Notes: generated by a model from the sequence alone, not told the origin. Positions 1 through 13,293 are shown, counted from the stretch's first letter. The stretch is DNA of 64,000 bases from Clostridia bacterium (GCA_017396225.1 JAFQMP010000015.1:18446-82445); one strand, 5' to 3'. A program made the numbers and translations.

Positions 1-716
1 GCCTTGAAAAGATTATCTGCGGCGGCGCGCCCCTGAACCCCGAAATGGTCAAGAATTTTGAAGCGTTCGGCGTACAAATCTGCGAGGGCTACGGTATTAC
101 CGAATGCTCGCCCCTGATTGCCGTTACCCCCTATTTTGCACCCAAGAGAGCCTCTGTCGGCCCCGCCGTGCCCTGCTGTGAAAGCCGCATTGCACCCATG
201 GGTCAGATGAGCCCTACCGGCTATGAGGAGGGTGAAATTCAGGTCAAGGGTGACAACGTGATGATTGGCTACTACAACAACCCCGAGCAGAATGCAAGCG
301 CCTTTACCGAGGACGGCTGGTACCGCACAGGTGACGTTGGCTATATGGACGAGGACGGCTATATCTTCATCACGGGCCGCCTGAAGTCGGTTATCGTGCT
401 GGAAAACGGCAAAAACGTCTTCCCCGAGGAGATTGAGGAATACCTTGAGGGCATTGAGGAAATTGCAGAGAGTGTTGTTGTCGGTCGCAAGGATACCGAC
501 GGCGAAACCGTTCTGCTGACCGCTGTTGTCTATCCCAACAAGGATATCTTCCCCGAGGGCACCGATGAAAAGGTTGTTTACGATGCGATCTGGGCAAAGC
601 TTGCAGAGCTCAACAAATCGCTTCCGTCCTTCAAGAAGCTGAAGGGCCTTGAGCTGAGAGAGACCGAGTTCGAAAAGACCACCTCGCGCAAAATCAAGCG
701 TCATCTGGTAAAATAA
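1..716 (+). CDS. AMP-dependent acyl-CoA synthetase/ligase (ANL family), C-terminal part; 5' end lies outside the window
   Basis: Frame is open from the window edge (codon phase of nt 3) to TAA 714-716. ANL motifs 'EGYGITE' and 'YRTGDVGYMDEDGYIFITGR', C-terminal 'SRKIKR'. A hairpin terminator follows. Confidence 0.8.
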   Translation, partial: LEKIICGGAPLNPEMVKNFEAFGVQICEGYGITECSPLIAVTPYFAPKRASVGPAVPCCESRIAPMGQMSPTGYEEGEIQVKGDNVMIGYYNNPEQNASAFTEDGWYRTGDVGYMDEDGYIFITGRLKSVIVLENGKNVFPEEIEEYLEGIEEIAESVVVGRKDTDGETVLLTAVVYPNKDIFPEGTDEKVVYDAIWAKLAELNKSLPSFKKLKGLELRETEFEKTTSRKIKRHLVK

Positions 717-728
717 AGATAAGAGAAA

Positions 729-758
729 GGCTCCGTGCGGTGCACGGAGCCTTTTTTT
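729..758. terminator. intrinsic terminator between convergent genes
   Basis: 9-bp stem GGCTCCGTG/CACGGAGCC (729-737/743-751) followed by a T7 run. It lies between the stops of the ligase (+) and the 323-aa gene (-). Confidence 0.7.
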
Positions 759-774
759 GCGATTTTCGCGAAGT

Positions 775-1746
775 TTAATAGGTGGGCGAGTTCAGATACC
801 ACAGCCCATCGTCCTGCAGTGTCAGCGCCACGGTAATGGTCATAATTTCACCCTCCTTACCGGGAACGTAGGTGTCAATATCCACATAGACGTCCTTGGC
901 ATTGCTCTTACGCTTTTCACTCATACGCATGGTTTCAAAGAGATAGGTGCGTGCCACCGATACACCCTTTTCGGTATTGAGCATCATCAGGTAGGTGCGC
1001 CCCTCGCTGTCGGTATAGTCCATATAGCGCGCATACAGCATACCGCCCGTGCCGCCGATTGCAATACCTGTAAAAATACTCTCGTAAACCGAATTCAGGA
1101 AATCCTTGGCATAAACCTCTGCTGCCAAATCCTTCAATTCCTCGATTGTGCCGTATTTGCAATCAAGGCGCACATAATCGTAGTGCTCGGGGTCTGCGGC
1201 GGTATAGGTAAATTCAGGCTCAACCTCTTGGTAATCGGGCAGGGCATAGTAATACTTACCCCCGCGCACAAAAATCGGCGTTTCGCCGTCTGCAGGCGCC
1301 GTCAGCACCTTCGCATAGCGGTACCTGCCTACCATAGCAACCGTCAGGGAACCGCCTTTTTCCACATCTACATACTGACCGTCCCCCACCTTGCGGCAAA
1401 ACTGATAGGCGAGAATATCCCCCACCGCAGCATCGGTAAAGGTATAATAGAGCATTTCTATCTCCGTCTGCGTTTCGGAAAACGCATAGCTGTCGCCGTT
1501 TTTTGTCAGGTAAAAGAACTCACGCGGATAGCGCGCCGCGTAAATGCGCGGATAGGTCGGCAAACCCTTGCCCCAATAAATTTCGTTGATTTCGTGCGAG
1601 GCGTTGACCAGCAGCTCTACGCGCTCACGAATGGCATCTAACGCAGGCGGGCGCTTGTTTCGCACGTGCCGCACAATGAGAAATGTGCCGAGACCGCCCA
1701 GCACCAGCAGGATTGCCAGCGCCACGGCAATTAAGCGTTTTTTCAT
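775..1746 (-). CDS. hypothetical membrane-anchored protein (single N-terminal TM helix)
   Basis: 323-aa ORF. N-terminus 'MKKRLIAVALAILLVLGGLGTFLIV' is a signal-anchor; the rest has no motif I recognise. Codon usage resembles its neighbours. Confidence 0.6.
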   Translation of the reverse strand: MKKRLIAVALAILLVLGGLGTFLIVRHVRNKRPPALDAIRERVELLVNASHEINEIYWGKGLPTYPRIYAARYPREFFYLTKNGDSYAFSETQTEIEMLYYTFTDAAVGDILAYQFCRKVGDGQYVDVEKGGSLTVAMVGRYRYAKVLTAPADGETPIFVRGGKYYYALPDYQEVEPEFTYTAADPEHYDYVRLDCKYGTIEELKDLAAEVYAKDFLNSVYESIFTGIAIGGTGGMLYARYMDYTDSEGRTYLMMLNTEKGVSVARTYLFETMRMSEKRKSNAKDVYVDIDTYVPGKEGEIMTITVALTLQDDGLWYLNSPTY

Positions 1747-1840
1747 AGTATCTCCGTTTTTTCACCCCGTTTAGGGGGATTTTACAAGATAGCCCCAGAT
1801 ATATCGAAATATCCGGGGCTATTTTTGTCAGAATGGCAAA

Positions 1841-4393
1841 TTATTCGCCGTCACTCTCCGTCAGGACAGGTGCGGCAGCCTCTGCCGCAGGCGCACCCTC
1901 TGCGGGTATTTCGGGCGTAGCCTCTGTGGTGACGGCGCTCTCCTCCTCGTCCTCGTGGGCAACCTGAGAGAAGCCCGCAAGCGTCTGTCCCTCGCCAAGG
2001 CGCATCACAATCACGCCTGCGGCGGTACGGGAATAGGTGTTAATCTGTGCCACGGGGGTACGGATAACCGTGCCCGTATTGGTAATCATCATAAGGTCAT
2101 CGTCATCGGTAACGGCTGCAATACCTGCAAGCAAACCGGTCTTATCGGTCAGGTTGTGGCAGGTAACGCCAAGGCCGCCTCTGCCCTTCACGCGGAAGTC
2201 CTCAAACGGCGTGCGCTTGCCGTAGCCGTTCTCGGTCACGGTAATCAGCTGCTTGGTATCGTCAACAATGACGGCACCGACTACAAAGTCGCCCTCGCGG
2301 AGCTTCACGCCGCGCACACCACGTGCCGTACGGCTGAGGGGTCTCACCTGGCTCTCGCTGAAGCGTGCGGCACTGCCCTCATGTGTGGCAAGCAGCACGT
2401 CCTTGTCGCCCATGCTGTGCATCACAAATACAAGCTCATCGCCCTCGTCAAGGTTCAGGGCAATCTTACCGCCCTTGCGCTGATACTCATATTCGGAAAG
2501 CAGTGTGCGCTTGATGACACCGTACCTGGTTACCATGGTCAGGTACTCGTTCTCACCAAAGCCCTCAACAGAAATCATCGCGGTAATCTTTTCACCGGGT
2601 ACGGTTTCAATCAGGTTGACGATATTCGTGCCCTTTGCGGTGCGCGATGCCTCGGGAATCTGGTATGCCTTACGCATAAACACCTTGCCGGTATTGGTAA
2701 AGAGCATCAGGTAAGAGTGGCTGTGTACAACCATGAGCTTTTCAATAAAGTCCTCCTCCTTGGTCGTCATACCGATAATACCCTTGCCGCCCTTGTGCTG
2801 TGCCGCATAGGTATCGGCAGGCAGACGCTTGATGTAGCCCGCGTGGGTCAGGGTAATCACGCAATCGTGGCGCTCAATGAGGTCCTCAAGGCTGATATCA
2901 TCGGTTGCGGGTACAATCTCGGTGCGACGTGCATCGGCGTACTTGCGGCGGATTTCCAGCATCTCGGTCTTGATAATCTCCTTAATCTTGTCCTCATCGG
3001 CAAGAATACCGCGCAAATCGGTAATCAGCGCGTGGAGCTTATCAAGCTCGTCCTCAATCTTCTGCCTTTCAAGCCCCGTCAGCTTGCCGAGCGTCATCTC
3101 GACAATGGCCTGTGCCTGGGTTTCGGTCAGGCCAAAGCCTGCCATCAGCTTTTCCTTGGCATCGGGAATCGACGCGGTGGAGCGAATCAGATTGACGATA
3201 TCGTCAATGTTGTCATTGGCAATCTTGTATCCCTCCAGAATATGAGCGCGCGCCTCTGCCTTATCCAGCTCAAACTGGGTACGGCGGCGGATAACGTCCT
3301 TCTGGTGTGCGATGTAATGGTCAAGAATCTGGGGCAGGGAAAGCACCTTGGGCTCGCCGCCAACCAGTGCCAGCATATTGATAGCACAGGTATCCTGCAG
3401 TTGGGTATTCTTGTAAAGCTGATTGAGAATTACCTGACAGTTGACGTCACGGCGGCACTGAATGATAATATTGATACCGTTACGGCCGTTGGATACGTCC
3501 TTGATATCGGTAATGCCCTCAATGCGCTTGTCGCGTACCAGCGCAGCAATCGACTGTACCAGCATCGACTTATTAACCTGATAGGGCAGCTCGGTGACGA
3601 TAATCTGGTTCTTCTCCTCATTGATTTCGCAGCGAGAGCGTACCAGCACACGACCGCGACCGGTCTTGTAGGCATCAATAATGCCGTTGACACCGTAGCA
3701 GATGGCAGCGGTAGGGAAGTCGGGACCGTGCATATGCTCCATCAGGTCCTCAACCGTGCACTCGGGATTATCCATACGGCAAATGGTGGCATCAATGACC
3801 TCGCCCAGGTTGTGGGGGGGAATATTGGTTGCCATACCGACCGCAATACCCACCGAGCCGTTGACAAGCAGGTTGGGGAAGCGAGAGGGGAGCACCAGGG
3901 GCTCACGCAGACGATTGTCAAAGTTCGGGCCAAAGGGAACAACCTCTTTTTCAAGGTCTGCCATCAGCTCGTCTGCGATTTTCGCAAGACGTGCCTCAGT
4001 ATAACGGTATGCAGCAGCGCTATCGCCGTCCACCGAGCCGAAGTTGCCGTGACCCTCTACAAGCGGGTAACGGAGCGAGAAATCCTGTGCCATACGTACC
4101 ATTGTGCCGTAAACGGCAGCATCACCGTGGGGGTGATAGCGGCCAAGCACGTTACCGACTGTGGTAGCCGACTTACGGAAGGGCTTGTCCGCGGTCAGGT
4201 GGTCCTCGTACATGGCGTACATAATACGGCGCTGACCGGGCTTCATGCCGTCGCGAACGTCGGGCAGGGCACGGGACATAATCACCGACATGGAGTACTC
4301 GATAAAGGCCTGCTTTACGCGTTTCTCCATTTCAACGTTTTCAATTCTCTGATTTGGAAATTCGATATTTTCACTCTTGTGTTCTACAGCCAT
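1841..4393 (-). CDS. gyrA: DNA gyrase subunit A
   Basis: 850 aa. '[22 protein letters not shown]' and the active-site Tyr region '[11 protein letters not shown]', with C-terminal beta-pinwheel repeats. Lies directly downstream of gyrB. Confidence 0.97.
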   Translation of the reverse strand: MAVEHKSENIEFPNQRIENVEMEKRVKQAFIEYSMSVIMSRALPDVRDGMKPGQRRIMYAMYEDHLTADKPFRKSATTVGNVLGRYHPHGDAAVYGTMVRMAQDFSLRYPLVEGHGNFGSVDGDSAAAYRYTEARLAKIADELMADLEKEVVPFGPNFDNRLREPLVLPSRFPNLLVNGSVGIAVGMATNIPPHNLGEVIDATICRMDNPECTVEDLMEHMHGPDFPTAAICYGVNGIIDAYKTGRGRVLVRSRCEINEEKNQIIVTELPYQVNKSMLVQSIAALVRDKRIEGITDIKDVSNGRNGINIIIQCRRDVNCQVILNQLYKNTQLQDTCAINMLALVGGEPKVLSLPQILDHYIAHQKDVIRRRTQFELDKAEARAHILEGYKIANDNIDDIVNLIRSTASIPDAKEKLMAGFGLTETQAQAIVEMTLGKLTGLERQKIEDELDKLHALITDLRGILADEDKIKEIIKTEMLEIRRKYADARRTEIVPATDDISLEDLIERHDCVITLTHAGYIKRLPADTYAAQHKGGKGIIGMTTKEEDFIEKLMVVHSHSYLMLFTNTGKVFMRKAYQIPEASRTAKGTNIVNLIETVPGEKITAMISVEGFGENEYLTMVTRYGVIKRTLLSEYEYQRKGGKIALNLDEGDELVFVMHSMGDKDVLLATHEGSAARFSESQVRPLSRTARGVRGVKLREGDFVVGAVIVDDTKQLITVTENGYGKRTPFEDFRVKGRGGLGVTCHNLTDKTGLLAGIAAVTDDDDLMMITNTGTVIRTPVAQINTYSRTAAGVIVMRLGEGQTLAGFSQVAHEDEEESAVTTEATPEIPAEGAPAAEAAAPVLTESDGE

Positions 4394-4414
4394 TGCGATT
4401 TATCTCCTTTCTCA

Positions 4415-6397
<1,983 letters not shown>

Positions 6398-6405
6398 TCA
6401 AACCG

Positions 6406-6669
6406 TTACTCGTTCAAGCTTCCGTGCTCACTTCTACCAAGCAGGGCAGCCGTGGAAATTTGTGAAAAGCATATCCCAAATCCCTTATTTTTTTCATAAA
6501 GCACGAAGGATTTCGGTATTTCCTCACTGGCGGCCTCCACCTCGCCGCGGCGACCTGCACCGCTTAAAAATTTTCTGGTTGTAGTGGAAACCGTTGCAGT
6601 ATCTGCATCAAAGATACCGATGATTTTCTTTTTTCTGAGGTTTTTGTTATTACCGACGTGTAAAAACAT
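6406..6669 (-). CDS. remB: DUF370/RemB-like small protein (the conserved recF-gyrB spacer gene of Firmicutes)
   Basis: 87 aa, starting 'MFLHVGNNKNL..KKIIGIFD', typical of the DUF370 family. Its position between recF and gyrB matches B. subtilis yaaB/remB. Confidence 0.55.
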   Translation of the reverse strand: MFLHVGNNKNLRKKKIIGIFDADTATVSTTTRKFLSGAGRRGEVEAASEEIPKSFVLYEKNKGFGICFSQISTAALLGRSEHGSLNE

Positions 6670-6681
6670 CTTTGTTCCCTC

Positions 6682-7794
6682 TTATTCTTCTTTTTGGTGA
6701 TAGCTGCCGCCCTTGACAAGGATACAACGCTCACCCGCAAAATCCGCAGCCTCACAGGCCGTTAAAATCACCTGTTTTCCTTTAATCTTTTTTAAGAGAT
6801 ATTCTTTTCTGCTGCGGTCAAGCTCGGATAATACATCATCAAACAAAAATACGGGATATTCGCCTGTTTCCTCACGGCAGAGCTCTCCTTCTGCCAGCTT
6901 TAAGGCAAGTGCCAGGCTTCTTTGTTGCCCTTGTGAGCAAAAGGTACGCGCCGCGCGACCGTTCAGCAGCACCTCTACGTCATCTTTATGTATACCCCAG
7001 AGAGTCGTGCCTGCCGCCCATTCGCGTTCCATATTTCTGCTTAATTTATCATATAATATTTTTTCGGTTTTGTCGTTATCTGCATAGTCAGAAATTTCCT
7101 TCATACAGGGACCCAGATAGCAAAGGCTCGGTTTCTCACGTGCATCTGTCATTTCGGCAAAGCATTCCTTCATATAACGCTCTGCACGCCCTATAAACAG
7201 TGCGCGGCGGGCGGCAATATATGCCCCCTCCTTAGCCAATTGCTTAGACCAGACATCTCCCGTTTCATAAAACAGTGTGGGATTATCCTCTGCGGACCTG
7301 ATTAAAGCATTTCTTTGCTTCAAAACGTGATGATAGCGCTGTAATGCAGCAAGATATAAGGGCTCTGCCGCACAAATGGCAATATCAAGAAAATTTCTTC
7401 TTTCACCCGGACCGTCCTTTATCAGAGATAAATGCTCCGGGCAAAAAAGAACTGCACGAAAGCTGCCGATAATTTCAGACATACGTCTGACACGTACGCG
7501 ATTTTTTTCGGCTGCACGCACACGATTGTTTCCAAGCAGAACAGAAATACTCTGGTCCCTTGTTCCTGCGTAAAAATCAAGTGAAATAAAGGCTTCCTTT
7601 TCTTCAAAGCGTATCAACTCATTCAGATGCTGCAAGCGAAAGCTTTTTCCGATTGAAACAAAATAAAGTGCCTCAAGCAGATTGGTTTTTCCCTCTGCAT
7701 TATCACCCAGCAACACATTAATACCCTCGTGAAAGGATATTTCTGCTTGTTCTATATTTCTGAAATTACGCAGTGTAATTTTTTTTGCAAGCAT
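6682..7794 (-). CDS. recF: DNA replication/repair protein RecF
   Basis: 370 aa. Walker A 'GDNAEGKTNLLEAL', signature 'SQGQQRSLALALKLAE', Walker B 'VFLFDDVLSELD'. Its start overlaps the dnaN stop. Confidence 0.95.
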   Translation of the reverse strand: MLAKKITLRNFRNIEQAEISFHEGINVLLGDNAEGKTNLLEALYFVSIGKSFRLQHLNELIRFEEKEAFISLDFYAGTRDQSISVLLGNNRVRAAEKNRVRVRRMSEIIGSFRAVLFCPEHLSLIKDGPGERRNFLDIAICAAEPLYLAALQRYHHVLKQRNALIRSAEDNPTLFYETGDVWSKQLAKEGAYIAARRALFIGRAERYMKECFAEMTDAREKPSLCYLGPCMKEISDYADNDKTEKILYDKLSRNMEREWAAGTTLWGIHKDDVEVLLNGRAARTFCSQGQQRSLALALKLAEGELCREETGEYPVFLFDDVLSELDRSRKEYLLKKIKGKQVILTACEAADFAGERCILVKGGSYHQKEE

Positions 7795-8948
7795 TATTCC
7801 TTAATACGAACAGGCAGGAGCATGAAAATATCCTCACAGCCCTCTTTTTCATCACCCACAGGCTCAATATTTACACTGGCTAGGGGAGAGGAAAGTGCAA
7901 GACGAACCATATCTCCCTCACAAGCACGCACAGAATCAATCAAAAATCTGTTGTTAAAGGCAATGGTAATATCTGTACCCTCATGTGCTATTTCAATTTC
8001 ATCATACGTGCTGCCGGCAGAGGAATTTGCAATAATTTTCAGCAGATTATCCTCAATCTGAAGCTTTACGTGTGTACGGACACTGCCTGCCACGCGCTCC
8101 TCGGTCACCAGTGCAGCACGGTCAAGCGCGGCAAGAAAGGCATCTCTGTTAAAGGTTGCATATATTTTATGCTGTCTGATAATGATGCGGTCATAATCCA
8201 TATACTCACCGTCAATCAGACGAGAGAAAAATACAATATTTTCAATGTGGAAAATAATATGACGGCGGGTCATATAAATTTTGACCTCTTTTTCCGCATC
8301 ACCGGTAATCAACTTATAAAGCTCATTTACGGTTTTAACAGGAACAATAAACTTAAAGCGCAAATCAGTACCGTCCTGATTATTATTTACAAGGTCGGTT
8401 TTGAGCTTACTTTTAGCAAGCTTTGCACCGTCGCAGGAAACAAGCGTAATGCTGTTATCCGAAACCTCAAAGGAGCAACCGTTGAGAATCGGACGCTGGT
8501 CATTTACACCCATTGCGTACATCACCTTGGAAAGCATTTCACGGAGAGTACCGCAGGGAAGTGCAAAGCCCTTCGCACTTTCAAGCAAAGGTAACTCAGG
8601 AAAATCACTGCCGGGAACAGCAATCATTTTATGAGAGGATTTACCACAGGTAAATGTAGCGCAAAGCTGATTATCAACAGTAAAGGTGACCTCATCTCCG
8701 TCCATTACACGCATGGTTCCGATAAATTTTTGTGCGTTGATGATGTAACTGCCTTCCTCAAGCACCTTGGTTTCGATGGTGGTTTTTACACCCTTTTCAA
8801 GGTCATAAGAGGTAAAGGTGCAAACATCAGGGTGCTTTGCCTCAATCAGAATACCGTCAATAGAGGAAAGTGTGGATTTGCCCGAGGCTGCAATCATCAG
8901 GGGAGATACTGCTGCAAGAATCTGCTGGCGATTGAAAATGATTTTCAT
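7794..8948 (-). CDS. dnaN: DNA polymerase III beta sliding clamp
   Basis: 384 aa with three-domain clamp length. Starts 'MKIIFNRQQIL' and lies between dnaA and recF. Confidence 0.93.
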   Translation of the reverse strand: MKIIFNRQQILAAVSPLMIAASGKSTLSSIDGILIEAKHPDVCTFTSYDLEKGVKTTIETKVLEEGSYIINAQKFIGTMRVMDGDEVTFTVDNQLCATFTCGKSSHKMIAVPGSDFPELPLLESAKGFALPCGTLREMLSKVMYAMGVNDQRPILNGCSFEVSDNSITLVSCDGAKLAKSKLKTDLVNNNQDGTDLRFKFIVPVKTVNELYKLITGDAEKEVKIYMTRRHIIFHIENIVFFSRLIDGEYMDYDRIIIRQHKIYATFNRDAFLAALDRAALVTEERVAGSVRTHVKLQIEDNLLKIIANSSAGSTYDEIEIAHEGTDITIAFNNRFLIDSVRACEGDMVRLALSSPLASVNIEPVGDEKEGCEDIFMLLPVRIKE

Positions 8949-9045
8949 AAAAATAAACTCCTTTTATTTGTCTTTATCGCCGCCCCTCGGGCGCGCGAAA
9001 AACTGATTTAATGAATAATATAAGGGTCGTAGTTTTATTAGGTGC

Positions 9046-9385
9046 TGTGGGTACTGTGGAAAACTCTCCAACTGCTTGAAAATAAAGGATTTTCCGTTTT
9101 TTGTCACAGGAAAATGTCGTGGTGTAATGAGAACAAACCAAACAGCGTAAAAATAAGAAAACAATGCTATTTTTCGTAAAATTGAATGAAACGCTTGAAA
9201 AACGGTTAAAATAATAAATTTAACGTGTTTTCCACAGCATGAACAGATGTGGAAAACTTTAATAATGGAAGGTAAAACAATGTTTTTTATTTTTACACAG
9301 AAAGAATTTCTAAGTAAATCAAGGATTTCAGAAAAAATCAAACGGTTTTTCACTGTTTTTTCACGATGTGGATAAGCAGTGGAAA
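9046..9385. other. oriC candidate: DnaA-box cluster in the dnaA-dnaN spacer
   Basis: Perfect box TGTGGATAA (=TTATCCACA) at 9367-9375. One-mismatch boxes TTTTCCACA 9228-9236 and TGTGGAAAA 9248-9256 form an inverted pair; another TGTGGAAAA is at 9055-9063. A weaker box TGTGGGTAC is at 9046-9054. The spacer is 437 bp and non-coding. Confidence 0.65.
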
Positions 9386-10723
9386 TCAGTCGCCGAGAAT
9401 TTCTTTTTTGAGATAATCAATATCTGCGGCGTAAAGGGGAGATTTGGTGATATTATCGGTAACAACCTTTAAGGAGGCCATTACAGTGGTATGGTCTCTG
9501 TTAAAAATTTTGCCGACATTGGGGTAAGACATTTCGGTAATATCGTGAATAAGATAGACTGCAATATGCCTTGCCGTTACAATTTCCTTGGTACGCTTTT
9601 TGCCGACAAGGTCCTCGCGGGAAATATCAAATTTTTTATAAACTGCCGCAAAAATTTTGTCAATGGTTACATTCAAGGGCTCGGTTTCGCCCAGCAGGTC
9701 AGAAACACAATCTCTGGCAAGCTCTAATGTAATGTTTCGTCCGTCAAGCATGCTCTTTGCCGTCAGCTTTTTGATAGCACCCTCAATCTGACGAATATTG
9801 GAACGCAGATTTTCCGCTAAGTACATCAGAACATCGGAGGGCAGGTCAATCTGCATATCCTCTGCCTTTTTCTTGATAATGGCGATACGTAATTCGAGGT
9901 CAGGCAAAATGATGTCTGCAAGCAAACCGCCTTCAAAGCGGGAGCGCAGACGCTCTGAGAGGGGATTGATGTCACGCGGCGGACGGTCGGAGGCAAGGAT
10001 AATCTGCTTGCCCTCCATAAACAGGGTATCGAAGGTGTTGAAAACCTCCTCCTGTGTACCAACCTTACCTGCAATAAACTGAATATCGTCAATCAGCAGA
10101 ACATCACATTCACGATAGCGGTCACGGAAGGCAGCCATTGTTTTATGTGTGATGCATTCCACCATGTAATTGACAAAATCCTCGCCCTTGGTATAAAGAA
10201 CCTTGGCAGAGGGCTTGCGCGTCAGAATTTCATTGACTACGGCATACATCAGGTGGGTTTTACCGACACCGGGCGGGCCGTAGATGAAAAGAGGGTTCCA
10301 CTCGTTTGAGGGGTTGCTTGCAACCTTCCAGCAAGCGGCTCTTGCAAACTTGTTGGTTTCACCGACAATGAAGTTGTTGAAGGTGTATCTTGAGCGGAGC
10401 GCCTTTTCCGCTACGTCCTCATCAGGGGGCGTTTGCGTTTGCAGTGCAATCGGCGTTTCCTCCTCCTCACAGCGGAAAAGCAGTGTTACGTCAAGCCCGC
10501 AGACAGAGGCAAATTTGCTCTCCAATTTCTCTTTATGCTTGGTTTCAAGCACCTTCTTTTTGAAGGAGGAGGTTGTGAGAAAGGTCAGTGTGGGGCCGAC
10601 AACCTCAAAGGATTCGGGCACAAGGTCACCGTACCAAAGGTCGCAAAAGGTTGCGGTATTTTCCTCAAGCATAGATTCCTTGACCATATCCCACATGACA
10701 ATAAACTCTTTTGGGCACTGCAT
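9386..10723 (-). CDS. dnaA: chromosomal replication initiator DnaA
   Basis: 445 aa. AAA+ Walker A 'GPPGVGKTHLM', Walker B 'LLIDDIQF', C-terminal DNA-binding signature 'NRDHTTVM'. Confidence 0.97.
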   Translation of the reverse strand: MQCPKEFIVMWDMVKESMLEENTATFCDLWYGDLVPESFEVVGPTLTFLTTSSFKKKVLETKHKEKLESKFASVCGLDVTLLFRCEEEETPIALQTQTPPDEDVAEKALRSRYTFNNFIVGETNKFARAACWKVASNPSNEWNPLFIYGPPGVGKTHLMYAVVNEILTRKPSAKVLYTKGEDFVNYMVECITHKTMAAFRDRYRECDVLLIDDIQFIAGKVGTQEEVFNTFDTLFMEGKQIILASDRPPRDINPLSERLRSRFEGGLLADIILPDLELRIAIIKKKAEDMQIDLPSDVLMYLAENLRSNIRQIEGAIKKLTAKSMLDGRNITLELARDCVSDLLGETEPLNVTIDKIFAAVYKKFDISREDLVGKKRTKEIVTARHIAVYLIHDITEMSYPNVGKIFNRDHTTVMASLKVVTDNITKSPLYAADIDYLKKEILGD

Positions 10724-10767
10724 CAGGGTGTCTCCTTTCCTGTCGTATCAAGTCGGTACGACACGAA

Positions 10768-10910
10768 CATATATTGAATATTATTATAATATAAAATTTA
10801 ATTATTTTCAAGTAAAATTTATATTAAATTATATAAATTATATAAAATTCATAAAATATTTACTTTTCCAAAGAAATTTTTTGAAAAAAAAGGGAACTTG
10901 ATTTTTTGAA
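10768..10910. other. very AT-rich tract upstream of dnaA (candidate unwinding element and/or divergent dnaA/copA promoters)
   Basis: About 140 bp that is almost entirely A/T ('atatattgaatattattataatataaaatttaattattttcaagtaaaatttatattaaattatataaattatataaaattcataaaatatt'), between GC-rich genes. No good DnaA box lies inside it. Confidence 0.5.
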
Positions 10911-10957
10911 ATAGATAGGATATACTAACAAAAGAGCATAAAAAAGGAGGAATAGAC

Positions 10958-13249
10958 TTGAAAAAAACAGTATTTTCCGTCAAGGGAATGACCTGCGCCG
11001 CCTGTGTCGCACACGTGGAGCGTGCCGCCCGTGAGGCTCTTGGCAAGGAGATAACCTTTACCGTCAGTCTGCTTTCCTCTACGTTGACCGTGACAGATGA
11101 GGCAGGAGATGAAGCGGCGCTGCTTGCAAGGCTTTCGGGAGCACTGTCCCGCGCGGGCTACGGTGTAGCACCGTTCGGTGATGCCGATACAGATGCAGGT
11201 GTCGAGCGCAAGCAGGAGAAAAAAAGGCTGATTTATTGCTTGGCGGTCACGGCGCTTTTGATGATTGTTGCCATGTGGCATATGACGCCGCTGCCGGCAC
11301 CCTTTATACTCAATGCTCCGCGCTATCCCCGCGCATTTTTTCTTTTGCAGGCGGCCTTGACGCTGGCGGTATTGGTGCCACAGCACCGTTTTTATCGAAA
11401 CGGCTTCAAATCGCTTTTTCACGGCACACCGAATATGGATTCCCTGGTGGCACTCGGTTCTGCTGCCTCGGTGATTTACGGCATCGTTGCAGGGGTCTTT
11501 ATTTTTGTTGGGGCAGGTACGGGAAACGAGGCATTGGTGCACGAGTATCTGCATGAGCTTTATCTTGAATCAGGGGCGATGATTTTAACGCTTGTTTCGC
11601 TTGGAAAATATTTGGAGGGCGGAGCCAGACATCGCGCCTTCGGTGCTGTCCGCGCCCTGCTTGATGAGGAAGCGCGCGTAGCAACGCGTGTCAGAGACGG
11701 CAAGGAGCAGGTGGTTTTACTGGGTGATATTTTGCAGGGCGATACTGTATTGGTGCCGCAGGGCGAAAAAATCCCCGTGGACGGTGTGGTGATTTCGGGC
11801 GAGGGCAGTGTCAATGAGGCAATGCTTACGGGAGAATCCCTGCCTCGAACCGTGCGCGAGGGGGACGAGGTATTCGGTGCAACGCTGCTTGCAGAGGGCA
11901 GGCTGCTGGTGCGCGTGATGAAGGTGGGTGAGGAAACGGCACTGCGCCGTATCGCCGCACTGCTTGATGAAACCGCAGCATCTAAGGCGCCGGTGCAGCG
12001 TCTTTGTGACCGCGTGAGCGCGGTTTTCGTGCCTGTTGTTATCGGTATTTCGGTGTTGACTGCGGTGCTTTGGCTCCTGCTCAGCCGTAACGTGTCAATG
12101 GCATTCCGTGCGGCGGCATCGGTGCTGGTGATTTCCTGCCCCTGTGCACTTGGTCTGGCAACCCCGACGGCAATTGCCGTGGGCTGTGGACGCGCCGCCC
12201 GATTCGGCGTGCTTTTTAAGAGCGCAGAGGCACTTGAGGTGCTGGCAAGCACCAAGACCCTGCTTACAGACAAAACAGGCACCCTGACAACGGGAAAAAT
12301 GACCGTTACCGACCGTATCGTGCTGGCGGGTACAGCGGAATATCTTGATGTGCTGACCGCCTCGCTTGAGGCAGGCTCCGCGCACCCCGTGGCAGAGCCA
12401 TTACGCGCTCTGACCGAGCAAAGGCTGCCGATAGCTGATTTTCGTACCGTGACTGGCCTTGGTGTGCTTGGCGCGACTGAGAGTGGGGCGACCTGCGCCG
12501 CAGGCGCTCCTCGCCTGTTTACGAGCGTATACGGTCTGCCGCAGCCGACCGATGATATCAAAAGCGAGGCAGACAGGCTTTCCCGCGAGGGAAAAAGCAT
12601 TGTGCTTGTTTCAGAGGGCGAGAGATTTCTTGGCTTGTTTGCCATAGCAGATACCCTGCGCCCCGACAGTGCCGCGGCAATTGCGGCGCTTCGCGCGGTG
12701 GGCATAGAAACCGTGATGCTGACAGGTGACAATCTGCAGGTTGCGGAAAAAATTGCTGCAGAGGCAGGCATCTCCCACGTACACGCCGCACTGCTGCCCG
12801 CCGATAAGGAGCGAATTGCTTCTGCGTATCGGGAAAGGGGCATTACCGCTATGGTTGGCGACGGCATCAATGATGCCCCCGCCCTTGCCGCAGCAGACGT
12901 GGGACTTGCCATTGGGGCAGGAACGGGCGTTGCGGTGGAATCCGCAGGTGTGGTGCTTTCGGGCAGCTCGCTTGCAGAGGCGGTTGCCGCCGTGGAGCTT
13001 GGGCGCAGAACACGCCGCATTATCCGTGAAAATTTGTTTTGGGCGCTCTTTTATAATGCCTTGTGTATTCCGCTTGCAGCAGGCGTTTTTTATCCCTTGT
13101 GGGGGCTGCTGCTCACGCCGATGATTGCATCGGCAGCCATGAGCTTTTCCTCGGTCTTTGTGGTATTAAACGCGCTCCGCTTGGGACGCTTTACGCCAAA
13201 GGCGCTTGCGCTGCGCGAAAGTGCGTGCCCGTTGCCTCGGAAAAAATAA
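10958..13249 (+). CDS. copA: copper-translocating P1B-type ATPase
   Basis: 763 aa. N-terminal HMA '[11 protein letters not shown]', TM6 '[11 protein letters not shown]', 'DKTGTLT', 'GDGINDAP'. TTG start preceded by an AAAAGGAGG RBS. Confidence 0.9.
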   Translation: MKKTVFSVKGMTCAACVAHVERAAREALGKEITFTVSLLSSTLTVTDEAGDEAALLARLSGALSRAGYGVAPFGDADTDAGVERKQEKKRLIYCLAVTALLMIVAMWHMTPLPAPFILNAPRYPRAFFLLQAALTLAVLVPQHRFYRNGFKSLFHGTPNMDSLVALGSAASVIYGIVAGVFIFVGAGTGNEALVHEYLHELYLESGAMILTLVSLGKYLEGGARHRAFGAVRALLDEEARVATRVRDGKEQVVLLGDILQGDTVLVPQGEKIPVDGVVISGEGSVNEAMLTGESLPRTVREGDEVFGATLLAEGRLLVRVMKVGEETALRRIAALLDETAASKAPVQRLCDRVSAVFVPVVIGISVLTAVLWLLLSRNVSMAFRAAASVLVISCPCALGLATPTAIAVGCGRAARFGVLFKSAEALEVLASTKTLLTDKTGTLTTGKMTVTDRIVLAGTAEYLDVLTASLEAGSAHPVAEPLRALTEQRLPIADFRTVTGLGVLGATESGATCAAGAPRLFTSVYGLPQPTDDIKSEADRLSREGKSIVLVSEGERFLGLFAIADTLRPDSAAAIAALRAVGIETVMLTGDNLQVAEKIAAEAGISHVHAALLPADKERIASAYRERGITAMVGDGINDAPALAAADVGLAIGAGTGVAVESAGVVLSGSSLAEAVAAVELGRRTRRIIRENLFWALFYNALCIPLAAGVFYPLWGLLLTPMIASAAMSFSSVFVVLNALRLGRFTPKALALRESACPLPRKK

Positions 13250-13254
13250 AAGAA

Positions 13255-13289
13255 AAAAACGGTGTGCGCCGTCGGCGCACACCGTTTTT
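13255..13289. terminator. bidirectional intrinsic terminator
   Basis: Hairpin AACGGTGTGCGCC-GTC-GGCGCACACCGTT flanked by an A-run and a T-run. It lies between the convergent copA and EIIC-like genes. Confidence 0.8.
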
Positions 13290-13293
13290 CTGA

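Noticed and set aside
8964-9353. 129-aa minus-strand ORF in the dnaA-dnaN spacer.
   Set aside because: It lies across the DnaA-box cluster. The protein is AT-rich and F/I/K-rich with no RBS. The region is better explained as oriC.
11560-13020. 486-aa minus-strand ORF inside copA. The ORF at 10925-11554 is similar.
   Set aside because: It is antisense to a P-type ATPase that has all the canonical motifs. Its translation is low-complexity and rich in S, A, R, P and T.
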